Made by a program: the position numbers and the translations under genes
Part shown: one piece after another, positions 11,704 through 20,607 of the stretch
Position numbering within the stretch: the stretch's first letter is position 1
Layout: the number at the start of each line of letters is the position of its first letter
Source: Opitutaceae bacterium
GTDB taxonomy: Bacteria; Verrucomicrobiota; Verrucomicrobiia; Opitutales; Coraliomargaritaceae
Reading direction: 5' to 3'
DNA: 64,000 bases
Assembly (NCBI GenBank): GCA_051252375.1
Contig: JBPOFY010000004.1
Location: forward strand, 1 to 64,000
Notes under the pieces: generated by a model
Databases searched by the model: none
Seen by the model: the letters and a program-made list of their open reading frames with translations, nothing else
What the model was told of the DNA's origin: nothing

Positions 11704-12111
11704 ATGACAGACACAACCTCCACACTTTACGATCGGATTGGCGGACGCACAGGACTCCTCAAACTGTTGCGACACTTCTATGCCGATGTCCGCCAACAAG
11801 AAGTGATCGGTCCGATCTTTGCGGCACACATTAAAGATTGGCCGGCACACTTGGAGAACATTGCAGACTTTTGGTCAGGTCTCATTGGCGGACCCGCCAT
11901 CTACCGCGGCGGTATGCCGATGAAGCACCTTTCACTCGGTCTCGGTGAAGTGCACTTTGAAGCATGGCTCGGTCTCTGGAAACGGAATTGTAGCACCCAC
12001 CTCCCAGAATCGGACGCTGCAGACATGATCGGCATAGCCGACAAGATCGGTAATCGCCTACGCGCGATCATCGCGAATCATAATAAACCAACATTGGATT
12101 TATTCAGTTAG
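11704..12111 (+). CDS. Group III truncated hemoglobin
   Basis: LYDRIGG, FYADVR...IGPIF, DWPAHL..IADFWS, PMKH, HFEAWLGLW. Confidence 0.9.
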   Translation: MTDTTSTLYDRIGGRTGLLKLLRHFYADVRQQEVIGPIFAAHIKDWPAHLENIADFWSGLIGGPAIYRGGMPMKHLSLGLGEVHFEAWLGLWKRNCSTHLPESDAADMIGIADKIGNRLRAIIANHNKPTLDLFS

Positions 12112-12147
12112 GCAGGAAAAGAAAACCACTCCGGATCACTTCGCGAG

Positions 12148-12253
12148 CCACCCCTCCTCGGCTCCTTCGACTTCGCTCAGGACTGGAAGGAGGGGAGCTC
12201 TAAGCGCCTCCCCCGCAAAGGGGAGGTCACCTGCTTGTCAGGTGGGAGGGGTT
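12148..12253. repeat. Cluster of intergenic palindromes, one interrupted by a 23-bp element (12164-12186)
   Basis: cccctcct..[ccttcgacttcgctcaggactgg]aaggagggg; cctcccc..ggggagg; related palindromes near 13142-13187 and 50964-51014. Confidence 0.65.
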
Positions 12254-12256
12254 CAA

Positions 12257-12808
12257 TCACACACCAGCAGCGATATCATAGGTGATCTCGTGCTCAGCAC
12301 CTGCACTATCGCCGTCTCCCTGTTCAATGTATACGATCTTAATCTTCTCGAAATTCAGCGAGAATGATTCGCGCGGCCGCGATTCCTCATTGGCACTGAA
12401 TTCCTGATCGGCACTGAATTCGTAGGCGACGACTGCAACATTGCTGAGAGTATACTTCAAAAAAACATCACTGCCCTGCTCACGGTCGTCGTCGCTGGTG
12501 AAATGAATTTCTATATCATTAAAGACTTTGCCCTGCAAAACAGCGAGAGTTAGATACGGGCTGGATTTATCCAATTCCTTGATAATATCAATGGGCTCTA
12601 CATGTGCGACAGCGCGTGACCTACCGCGTCCAGTCCTCGCGGACGTGTCGCGGTAAATGTGCTGTTGCATACCGGTGACTTCAATCCAGCCCTCATAGCC
12701 GGCTCTTTCGGATTCGCCGTCAATGTCGGGGATTTTTACGTAGATGGCTGCGAGTGCGGCGCTGCTGGTGATAGCGAATAGAGATAATAGTATAATGATT
12801 TTTTTCAT
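12257..12808 (-). CDS. hcp: Orphan Hcp/TssD-family (T6SS tube-like) protein with N-terminal Sec-type signal peptide
   Basis: YVKIPDIDGES..AGYEGWIEV, IIKELDKSSPYL, KYTLSNVAV, PRESFSLNFEKIKIVY; preceded by MKKIIILLSLFAITSSAALA. Confidence 0.85.
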   Translation of the reverse strand: MKKIIILLSLFAITSSAALAAIYVKIPDIDGESERAGYEGWIEVTGMQQHIYRDTSARTGRGRSRAVAHVEPIDIIKELDKSSPYLTLAVLQGKVFNDIEIHFTSDDDREQGSDVFLKYTLSNVAVVAYEFSADQEFSANEESRPRESFSLNFEKIKIVYIEQGDGDSAGAEHEITYDIAAGV

Positions 12809-12897
12809 GAGTATAGTGGTTAGTGATTTTTAGTATTATGCGATCGAAGGCCCTATTCTTTAAGGAATGAATAAGCCTGATTAGCTGTGCTAATAGG

Positions 12898-12920
12898 GTA
12901 TATTATAAATTATAATATAC
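12898..12920. promoter_or_regulatory. Perfect 11-1-11 AT-rich palindrome 90 bp upstream of hcp; candidate operator
   Basis: gtatattataa-a-ttataatatac. Confidence 0.5.
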
Positions 12921-13032
12921 AGACCAAATGGCAAGAATTAAAGGCAGTGGATCCGCGCTTTCTGCCCCATTAATTAACGTGAACTAACGATTTTAAAAAC
13001 TGAATATAAGGCAACCGCAGATGATTATTAAA

Positions 13033-13148
13033 CCATCTCCCTGAATCGAAAGCTGAAGACAAGATCGGCAATCGCCTACAAGCGATCACCGCGAATCATA
13101 ATAAGCCAACATTGGATTTACTTAGTTAAGGTAGGGAAAGTAAAACCC
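13033..13148 (+). repeat. Diverged direct-repeat copy of the globin 3' end and its trailer (11997-12127), with an 18-bp deletion
   Basis: gacaagatcgg(t/c)aatcgcctac..gcgatca.cgcgaatcataataa.ccaacattggattta present in both places. Confidence 0.9.
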
Positions 13149-13268
13149 GTCCGTCTGCACGCCTCCTATTGGAGAGGTGAGGAGTTTAATCTCCAAACCT
13201 TTTGAGAAATGCTATCAATCAGCACGGACACTTCACCCCGTTTAAGACTGCCTCGCTTGACCCTTCGA

Positions 13269-14003
13269 TTATCTCCGACGTCGATTCATCACGCAACTGA
13301 GAGCGAACAGACCACCAATCAATGCATACGTGTTAGATTCTGGGATATCTACATAAAAGCCACCGAAGGAATTATATTCACTGGATCCGAAGAATATACG
13401 GGCATTGGTCATGTCGAAATTATTGTCAGAAGTGTCGATTACCGTGCCCACTGCTGTCCCATTGACCGCTAGACTCAATGAACCAGCAAGATGGTCATAG
13501 ATAAGGTTGAGCGTGTAAGTGCCCACTTCGAGATCCTGTGCGCTGAACACTGCTCCTTGCTTCCTTTTAATCGTGTTATCGTCAACGTCGCCAACAATTA
13601 CACTGTCGATCCCACGGACTCCAAAATATGCAGTCGGCCCTACAGCGGGTTCGTCGAAGGCGGGTCCCGCTCCGTTGCGATCATGATCATCCCCGACTCC
13701 GAGCCCAATAAAGTGGGTGAACTGATTCGTTTCATCGGTGTTATCGATCTGTATGGTTACTTGAGCATTAAAGCTGATAGAGGCGTAGTCTGTGTCATTC
13801 GTGGCGACCCATGAGCGTCCGTCATCTCCTGTTCCGCCAAATATAACTTTTCCGTCTATTACTGTAGGCCAGCCTGAACCGCCCGACTGACTTAAATTCG
13901 GACCGAAGTCTTCATCTGAAAAGTCCTCAGAGAATGACGTTGCTGCGCTGATAGAGCTAACTAATCCAACAGTCAAAAGGGTAAATGGAATGATTGATTT
14001 CAA
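13269..14003 (-). CDS. PEP-CTERM-type surface protein (variant PES motif)
   Basis: Signal peptide; C-terminus IPESNTYALIGGLFALSCVMNRRRR. Confidence 0.85.
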   Translation of the reverse strand: MKSIIPFTLLTVGLVSSISAATSFSEDFSDEDFGPNLSQSGGSGWPTVIDGKVIFGGTGDDGRSWVATNDTDYASISFNAQVTIQIDNTDETNQFTHFIGLGVGDDHDRNGAGPAFDEPAVGPTAYFGVRGIDSVIVGDVDDNTIKRKQGAVFSAQDLEVGTYTLNLIYDHLAGSLSLAVNGTAVGTVIDTSDNNFDMTNARIFFGSSEYNSFGGFYVDIPESNTYALIGGLFALSCVMNRRRR

Positions 14004-14248
14004 TTTTTGTTCTCAGAGTTTTAGGCAAGGTCTATAAGAATGTCACTTGAAGTGTGAAAACTAAGAGTAAGCTGTTCAATATTTTGCAGTTGTTTGATCT
14101 TCATTACGACCCGAAATTTATTGTTTTTTGGCTCTTCAATAACATCCGCGGGAGAACTTTGAGGATCACATAAGGGAGCCAACGATGCGACAGTTCGACA
14201 TGATCCGGACTGGTCTCGAAACTAGACTCGAGGGGCGACAACAGGGGC

Positions 14249-15079
14249 CTACTCGCCACTCCAAGCGCTCAGGTTATCTCGGCGCACAGCCAACTTCTCC
14301 TCGGCAGTCAACTTATGATAGCCGGATAGGAGGCCGCCTTCCCAGTCACCATATGAAGGATTCGGAAATACGATAAAGCGGTGACCGAAGTCGGACTGTC
14401 GCTCAGCGAGAGACGCATTGCGCTCGGCGTTTCCTTTATGCCAAGTCTCGAGTTCGGGGAAGTCGTTCAAATTGTCGCCCAGTATCAAGACGATACTGTA
14501 ACCCGAATCAGCAATGGCTTGAAAACGGGGCTGCTTATTCGAGGTATCCGACTGCAACAGTAAACGCTGTTCATTGACCTCAGGAAATCCTAATTCGATG
14601 AGGTTGCTGCGGGTCGCCTCATAAGTAGTATCGGAGCGATTCGACACATAAAAAATCGCCCCGCCCTGCGCGATAACATGTCGCGCGAAATCAAGTGATC
14701 CGGGCGTCGCGGGTGTTGACTCTGCGCGACACCAAGCATCCCAGGTTTCCGGCTCATAGGACTTCCCATGAAGCAACAGCCAGGCGGCATACGGACTATT
14801 ATCGAGCATGGTTTCATCCAAATCCACCACGACCGCCCATGGATCCGCTTCCGACTCTTTAGCACGGTCGACCGCTTGTTTTGCCAGATTAAAGGCTTGG
14901 TAACAAAGCGCTTGATACTCTCCGGCATTCTGCATCCAGAGCGCCGTTTGCGTATTCTGATCGACCAAGCGCTGCGGAGCTTTGGTGGCGCAACCGATCA
15001 TAAATGGAAGTGCGAATGCAATCGTAATGACGATGCACCCGAATCGGGAGAGCTTTTGAAAATGGATCATGTCAGCCAA
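14249..15079 (-). CDS. 5'-nucleotidase / class C acid phosphatase, lipoprotein e(P4) family
   Basis: Lipobox-like MIGC; AVVVDLDETMLDNSPY, FYVSNR, GDNLNDF, PNPSYGDWE. Confidence 0.92.
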   Translation of the reverse strand: MADMIHFQKLSRFGCIVITIAFALPFMIGCATKAPQRLVDQNTQTALWMQNAGEYQALCYQAFNLAKQAVDRAKESEADPWAVVVDLDETMLDNSPYAAWLLLHGKSYEPETWDAWCRAESTPATPGSLDFARHVIAQGGAIFYVSNRSDTTYEATRSNLIELGFPEVNEQRLLLQSDTSNKQPRFQAIADSGYSIVLILGDNLNDFPELETWHKGNAERNASLAERQSDFGHRFIVFPNPSYGDWEGGLLSGYHKLTAEEKLAVRRDNLSAWSGE

Positions 15080-15211
15080 AATATGCGTCCGCTCCAGAAT
15101 CGGTCAAACCCAGAGCACGACTAACCTCCGAGTGAAAGGCCTGATCGAAATCGCCACCCTTCCACCATAAAAAAACTTGTAAGCATATCGTCGCAGACGC
15201 GTTCGATCACC

Positions 15212-15781
15212 ATGCTTATGAATACACTCGCCACTGAAAAACAACATGGGGTCGCCTATCGGCACGCCATTACTGAAATTGTATCGAAGAACGGATGGGA
15301 CTTAAAGTCGCTCTCACGCGAGGCGCCTGCCTTGGTTGTCTTCCTGAGACATTTCAATTGCATCTATTGCCGCGAATCATTGGCCGAGCTTAAGCGCTTG
15401 CGCTCGCAAATCGAAGCGGAAGGTGCCCAGATTGCTGTCGTGCACATGGGAACGGAGTCGCAGGCGGAGGAACTGCTCTCGTTCTTTGACCTCTCGGACG
15501 TCGAGCGCTTCAGCGACCCTGAGCAAAGACTGTATAGTGCTTTTGGGCTCGAGCGCACGACCCTAGGTCGGTTGCTGGCTCCTGCATCTTGGATCGGGCT
15601 GGTTCGCGCGGGGTTAAAGAGTCCATTTATTCCCGGTAATAAGCTAAAAGGCATAGTCGGCGACGTATTGCAGATGCCAGGCGTGTTCCTACTAAGCAAC
15701 GGAAGTATCGTAGGCGACTTTAAGCCAGAGCGGGTGGACAAACGCCCCGAATACCTAGAGCTCGCGGCAATGAAGTGCTAA
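15212..15781 (+). CDS. Peroxiredoxin-like (AhpC/TSA_2, SelL-related) redox protein
   Basis: VFLRHFNCIYCRE, SDPEQRLYSAFGL, GDVLQMPGVF. Confidence 0.85.
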   Translation: MLMNTLATEKQHGVAYRHAITEIVSKNGWDLKSLSREAPALVVFLRHFNCIYCRESLAELKRLRSQIEAEGAQIAVVHMGTESQAEELLSFFDLSDVERFSDPEQRLYSAFGLERTTLGRLLAPASWIGLVRAGLKSPFIPGNKLKGIVGDVLQMPGVFLLSNGSIVGDFKPERVDKRPEYLELAAMKC

Positions 15782-16044
15782 AATACTACATTGTAATGAA
15801 AGTGGGCAAACAACACGACAAAAGGAAAAGCAAGTTAGCGGTCGTATCGTATCCTTGTAGCTGAAGGTATGAAGTCCTCAAATATGCGTTAAGGCCTGAG
15901 CCATTTACTTTTCTTTTTTGGCTCCATTCCTTTTTTCTCTTGTTCTAGACCGCCTGCAGAAGTTATTACCCCCAGCGCTGCAACGGATTTCGCGCTGCGG
16001 CGAGCAGGATTCACCTACCACGAGAACTTCAGAAAGATTACACC

Positions 16045-16272
16045 ATGGCCTTCACACCAAGCAAAGATCAGCGACGCCGCGATCGAGAGCAGAAAAAAAT
16101 AGATAAGCGTATCGCTCGCGAGGCTGCGAAGGTTGAAAAGCTCGCAACTGAGAAGGCAGCCGAAGAAGCAGCTGCCTTGGAAGCCTTCTACAAAACCGAA
16201 GAAGGTATCAAAGCGAAAGAGGAAGCTGATTTTGAAGCCGAGCTAGCAGCAGAAGCCGCGGCTTCGAAATAA
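16045..16272 (+). CDS. Small charged coiled-coil hypothetical protein
   Basis: 75-aa A/E/K-rich ORF. Confidence 0.6.
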   Translation: MAFTPSKDQRRRDREQKKIDKRIAREAAKVEKLATEKAAEEAAALEAFYKTEEGIKAKEEADFEAELAAEAAASK

Positions 16273-16297
16273 TCCGACGACGAAAGGGGGCAGGCTC

Positions 16298-16343
16298 GGT
16301 GGTTCGACGGTTCGACATACTCACCGCAGGCAAGCTCACTGCC
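16298..16343. repeat. Short palindrome interrupted by a 23-bp copy of its own family
   Basis: ggtggttcga[cggttcgacatactcaccgcagg]caagctcactgcc. Confidence 0.65.
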
Positions 16344-16396
16344 GCTTTGCTCTAGCAGTTTGACACTTTCATCTAGACATCATAAAAGTGCGAATC

Positions 16397-17098
16397 ATGA
16401 GGTTTTTATCTGCGCTTCCACTCACGCTTCTACCCCTACTCTCCTGCGTTGTCTCGGCTGAGCCAGTCGTCGAGTCGACCGAGCCGGAGCTCAAGGGAGA
16501 TAAGGTGATTCAGTTGATCTCCAACCAGTCTCTAAAAGGCTGGAAGGTGCCTTCTTCTCGATGGTCGATCAAGGATGGAGAGATCACTGGCGACACAATG
16601 GGTAAGGCGCTCAAGACCCCAGAATGGCTCTATACCAAAGAAAGCTTTTCTGACTTCATCTTCTCAGCTGAAGTCAAGCTGAGTGGCGGACCGAAGGCAA
16701 ACTCGGGCATCTACTTCCGGGTAACGCCATTCACCTTCACACGAGGGAAATCCGGCAGTTACGAAGCGCCCTCCGGATATGAGTATGATGCAGGACTTGC
16801 CAGCCGACACAACGGCTCACTCGGAGACTGGTATGCCCGCCCCTCGCTGAGGATTTTCGCCGACAAAAAAGTCATGAATAAAATCTTCCAGGCGGAAGAC
16901 TGGAATCGCATGACCATCCGGGCTAAAGACAATCGAATCGAATACTGGTTGAACGGAACGAAGATCATCGACTACACCGACAATGATCCTAAACGCTCCA
17001 AAAAGGGACCGATCGGCATACAAATGCACGACAATCTCGTGATGAAGGTAGAGCTCAGGAAAGCCTTCGTTCTCCCACTCGTTGACGATCAGGAGTGA
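16397..17098 (+). CDS. Secreted DUF1080 (3-keto-disaccharide hydrolase-like) protein
   Basis: Signal peptide; LKGW, LYTKESFSDF, NSGIYFR, DWNRMTI, WLNG, GPIGIQMH. Confidence 0.9.
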   Translation: MRFLSALPLTLLPLLSCVVSAEPVVESTEPELKGDKVIQLISNQSLKGWKVPSSRWSIKDGEITGDTMGKALKTPEWLYTKESFSDFIFSAEVKLSGGPKANSGIYFRVTPFTFTRGKSGSYEAPSGYEYDAGLASRHNGSLGDWYARPSLRIFADKKVMNKIFQAEDWNRMTIRAKDNRIEYWLNGTKIIDYTDNDPKRSKKGPIGIQMHDNLVMKVELRKAFVLPLVDDQE

Positions 17099-17274
17099 TC
17101 TGACAACCAGAGGTGGCAAACGAAACAGTTCGACCCCTGCGATTTGCGCGAAGTTGCTTTAGATCCTAGATTAATAAGGAAGTAAAGTGCTGCTAATAAG
17201 ATACTTCTGGCGGCATTAACCCTTAACTTAGAAGACTATCTGTAGGAAGATAAAAGCCACCAGAGGGCTTTTAG

Positions 17275-19494
17275 ATGCCGACTTCTCACCCCAGATCCAG
17301 ATGGCTTTGTTTCGCATTGGGCGGCGCAATTTACGGAGTTTTATGTGTCGCATGGACTCCGCTACCCGTTGACCAGGATTCACTACTGTTCATGCCTGGC
17401 GCACAGCCAGCCGATGGCGTCACCATTGAATCCATCAACCAATGCACCAATTGCCACAGCGGCTATGACGAAGAGGTAGAACCTGTCCATACGTGGCAAG
17501 GATCCATGATGGCTCAAGCTGGACGCGACCCACTGTGGGCAGCCAGTATGACTGTCGCACTACAAGACTCGATCTGGCAGCTCGGTAACGCCAATGCCGG
17601 AGACCTCTGCATCCGTTGCCACTCTCCGGTGGGTTGGCTAGGCGGTCGCAGCGATCCTCCAAATCTATCTGCACTGGACCCCGCACTCGGCGATCTGGAT
17701 GGCGTCAACTGCGCCTCCTGCCATCAAATGATCGATTCAATCGCGGCCAACCAACAACTACCACAAGTTCCAGCGGAAACAATACAAGCAGCGATCGACG
17801 AAGCCAACATCACCTATGCACAAGACATCAGCGTGCTTGGCTCGTCAGTGCTGTTCGACAATAGCAGCTTCTTCAATAGCACTGATGAATTACCGGTTTA
17901 TTACGGCGACGGCACATTCCCCAATTACATCGAAGCCACCTCTGGGCAATATTTCATGGAGCCAGATCCAAACAAAAAACGTGGTAACAGGCACGATGCA
18001 GCACCGCGTAGTCACTCGGTCAACTACTCCCGATTTCATAAATCTGCGCAACAGTGCGGGACTTGCCATGACGTCTCAAATCCTGCCTTGGCAAATGCAC
18101 TGATCGCCCCGGATGCCAGCGCAACGCAAGCGGCCGGAAGCTATTTCCATCTCGAACGCACCTACAGCGAATTCATGCTCAGCGCCTATGCTCAGCCCGG
18201 TGGCGCCGCAACCAACTCAGCCTTCAGCAACGAAGGTATTCCACATGCCAACAGCTGCCAAGACTGCCACATGCCCACCACCATCGGTAAAGCCGCGAAG
18301 CAAAACACCGTCGCGATACGTAACGACTTACGTGTGCACGATCTAACTGGAGGCAACGTCTGGCTCACGAAAATCCTCGCGAGCATCGACCAAACTGCGA
18401 GCAACCCCAATAGCGACATCTATAACTATAACCTACTCAACGGCACACGCTACCCTGGTGCCCAACTCGAGGTCGCAGGGCTACAAGGTTATGGAGCCGC
18501 ACTCACAGACGGTGCCGAGCGCGCCGAAGAGATGCTCGAACGAGCCGCCACCCTCAAGCCTATTGGCAAGAATCGTATCCGGATCATCAACAATACGGGG
18601 CATAAGCTAATTTCCGGATTTCCTGAAGGACGACGCATGTGGTTGCAGTTACAATTTTACGACACCAGCGGCACACTGATCAGTGAAATCAACCCGTATG
18701 AACCGCTAGTTATTGAACGCGATGTGGAGCTGAACCCAAGTTATGTGTCCGGAGCGATTCTACGCCACGACCGCGACGACTTAATCTTTGAAGCGAAAAT
18801 GCAAAGTAGTTTAACCGGCGAGCCCCATAGTTTCCACATGGTGTTGGCGACCGACCGCTACAAAGACAACCGTATCCCTCCTAAAGGCTTCGATATTACA
18901 AACGCGAGCGCCCGACTCGCACAGCCACGCAAAGATGGCGCCGATGCGGCAGACTACTTCAGCGCCGCGGAGTATCTGGGCGGTTACCACGACATCACTT
19001 TCACCGCTCCGACTAACACCGCCTACTGGGAAGCCTCACTCTACTACCAAACCACTTCCGATGAATACATTCGCTTCTTACGTGACGAAATTAACGGTGA
19101 CGCCACCACATTGACTAGCCCCACCCCTTCAGGCGAAAGCAATGCATATATCGCACAAAGCGACAGCTTCTTTACCGGTCTCAAAGATTGGGGCGATGCG
19201 ATCTGGGAACTATGGCTGCACAACGGTGGCGCAGCACCGATCGAAATGACTTCAACAATCAGTCCACCAACCATTCAACAGCTTGAACAAGCACCCGACG
19301 GATTCCACATTGAATTCCTCACCATCATAGGGCGCACTTACACGCTAGAATTCCGTAACTCACTCGATAGCGGCAATTGGCAAACCTTAGTCGGACCAAT
19401 CATTGGCGATGGCACCAGTGTCACCCTTATTGACACCGAAGCCCCCAGTCACACTCAGCGTTTCTATCGACTAACGAATAACCTAACAGAATAA
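17275..19494 (+). CDS. Secreted pentaheme c-type cytochrome with C-terminal putative sorting domain
   Basis: Five CxxCH (CTNCH, CIRCH, CASCH, CGTCH, CQDCH); W.GSMMAQAGRDP, GHKL.SGFPEGRRMW, KDNRIPPKGF; ends ..W..RFYRL. Confidence 0.9.
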   Translation: MPTSHPRSRWLCFALGGAIYGVLCVAWTPLPVDQDSLLFMPGAQPADGVTIESINQCTNCHSGYDEEVEPVHTWQGSMMAQAGRDPLWAASMTVALQDSIWQLGNANAGDLCIRCHSPVGWLGGRSDPPNLSALDPALGDLDGVNCASCHQMIDSIAANQQLPQVPAETIQAAIDEANITYAQDISVLGSSVLFDNSSFFNSTDELPVYYGDGTFPNYIEATSGQYFMEPDPNKKRGNRHDAAPRSHSVNYSRFHKSAQQCGTCHDVSNPALANALIAPDASATQAAGSYFHLERTYSEFMLSAYAQPGGAATNSAFSNEGIPHANSCQDCHMPTTIGKAAKQNTVAIRNDLRVHDLTGGNVWLTKILASIDQTASNPNSDIYNYNLLNGTRYPGAQLEVAGLQGYGAALTDGAERAEEMLERAATLKPIGKNRIRIINNTGHKLISGFPEGRRMWLQLQFYDTSGTLISEINPYEPLVIERDVELNPSYVSGAILRHDRDDLIFEAKMQSSLTGEPHSFHMVLATDRYKDNRIPPKGFDITNASARLAQPRKDGADAADYFSAAEYLGGYHDITFTAPTNTAYWEASLYYQTTSDEYIRFLRDEINGDATTLTSPTPSGESNAYIAQSDSFFTGLKDWGDAIWELWLHNGGAAPIEMTSTISPPTIQQLEQAPDGFHIEFLTIIGRTYTLEFRNSLDSGNWQTLVGPIIGDGTSVTLIDTEAPSHTQRFYRLTNNLTE

Positions 19495-19558
19495 ATTCGG
19501 ACGCCACACACACAACGCATTGATTCGAGCGTAGCAAATCTCCTACCCTAAATCTGCG

Positions 19559-20200
19559 TTACTGCACAGATTCAATTTGGTAGGTAATATTCACAGTGCC
19601 AGACCGCTCACCATTGGGCCCGAGTGCCATATACACAGTGTCACCAACTTCCAACTTCCCGAGTTCAACATTGAATGCCTGCTTCTCCATTCCCTTCAAA
19701 ATATCTGTCCCAATGACCCGATCATTAACACTGATCCTGATTTCATGGCTACCGGTTTCATTATTACGGAGGATCTCACTGTTGATGATCCGTCCCGTGC
19801 CTGCTTCACCGGGTTGAACAGTGTAGCTGAGGATGACGAAGTGATTGAGTTTATCCTGAGATTCGACTGATCCATACCCACAGGAAATCGAATTTCTCTT
19901 CGCGGTGAGCCACCGACCATCTGGATGAGGGGCATCTTTGATTTTCTTCCTTGAAGGAGGGTTATCGGCATCCACTGAGTAGAAGTTTTTGACCACTTCC
20001 AAATCTTTGAATTTATCCTGTTGAAGGATATCCACATTTTCAGGATTCCACTGGTAAGCCCAACCCAGCTTGGGACCTTTGAGGTTAAAATCAGCTCCGT
20101 AATCGGCAATCACCTTAGCACTCAGAAACTGGGTAGCGAATAGACCGCATAATAAACAGGCAACTGCGAGTTTCGTTAATCTAACTTTAGAGGATATCAT
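19559..20200 (-). CDS. Secreted hypothetical beta-rich protein
   Basis: Signal peptide-like N-terminus, 213-aa ORF. Confidence 0.7.
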   Translation of the reverse strand: MISSKVRLTKLAVACLLCGLFATQFLSAKVIADYGADFNLKGPKLGWAYQWNPENVDILQQDKFKDLEVVKNFYSVDADNPPSRKKIKDAPHPDGRWLTAKRNSISCGYGSVESQDKLNHFVILSYTVQPGEAGTGRIINSEILRNNETGSHEIRISVNDRVIGTDILKGMEKQAFNVELGKLEVGDTVYMALGPNGERSGTVNITYQIESVQ

Positions 20201-20523
20201 GGGGGGGGATCTTTTAATGAATACACGCTAATGATGTATGAAAAAAATGAATTATCAATCCAAGAACTCGCCTATGACTTTTTTACAGTTCTATGATAAG
20301 CAAAAATATGTTCGGGATTGCCAGTATTCAGGCTGACGGATCATTTGGCTCTTACCGTATTAGCAGCCCGAGACAATTCCAAGTCTCTCTAACGGCAAAA
20401 TTCTAACATTCACACTCTACATTGTTTTCGAATCGCCTGGGTCATGTCAACGCATGCCCCAGACAACACGGCAATGCACGAGTTTCTGCCGACAAGAAGC
20501 TTGCAAGACACACGCGACGTCCT

Positions 20524-20601
20524 GGAGGGCAATGCTCCGTCATTGCCGCTCGACACCTGGCCGCAAATCATACGTGCGGAAACGACGGAGCGTTTCCCTC
20601 C
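20524..20601. repeat. Inverted GGAG-REP pair (REPIN-like)
   Basis: ggagggcaatgctccgtcattgccg ... cggaaacgacggagcgtttccctcc. Confidence 0.88.
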
Positions 20602-20607
20602 AGCCCT

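Noticed and set aside
12257..12808. A type VI secretion locus or prophage tail region
   Set aside because: No sheath, baseplate, VgrG or phage genes are recognisable anywhere in the window.
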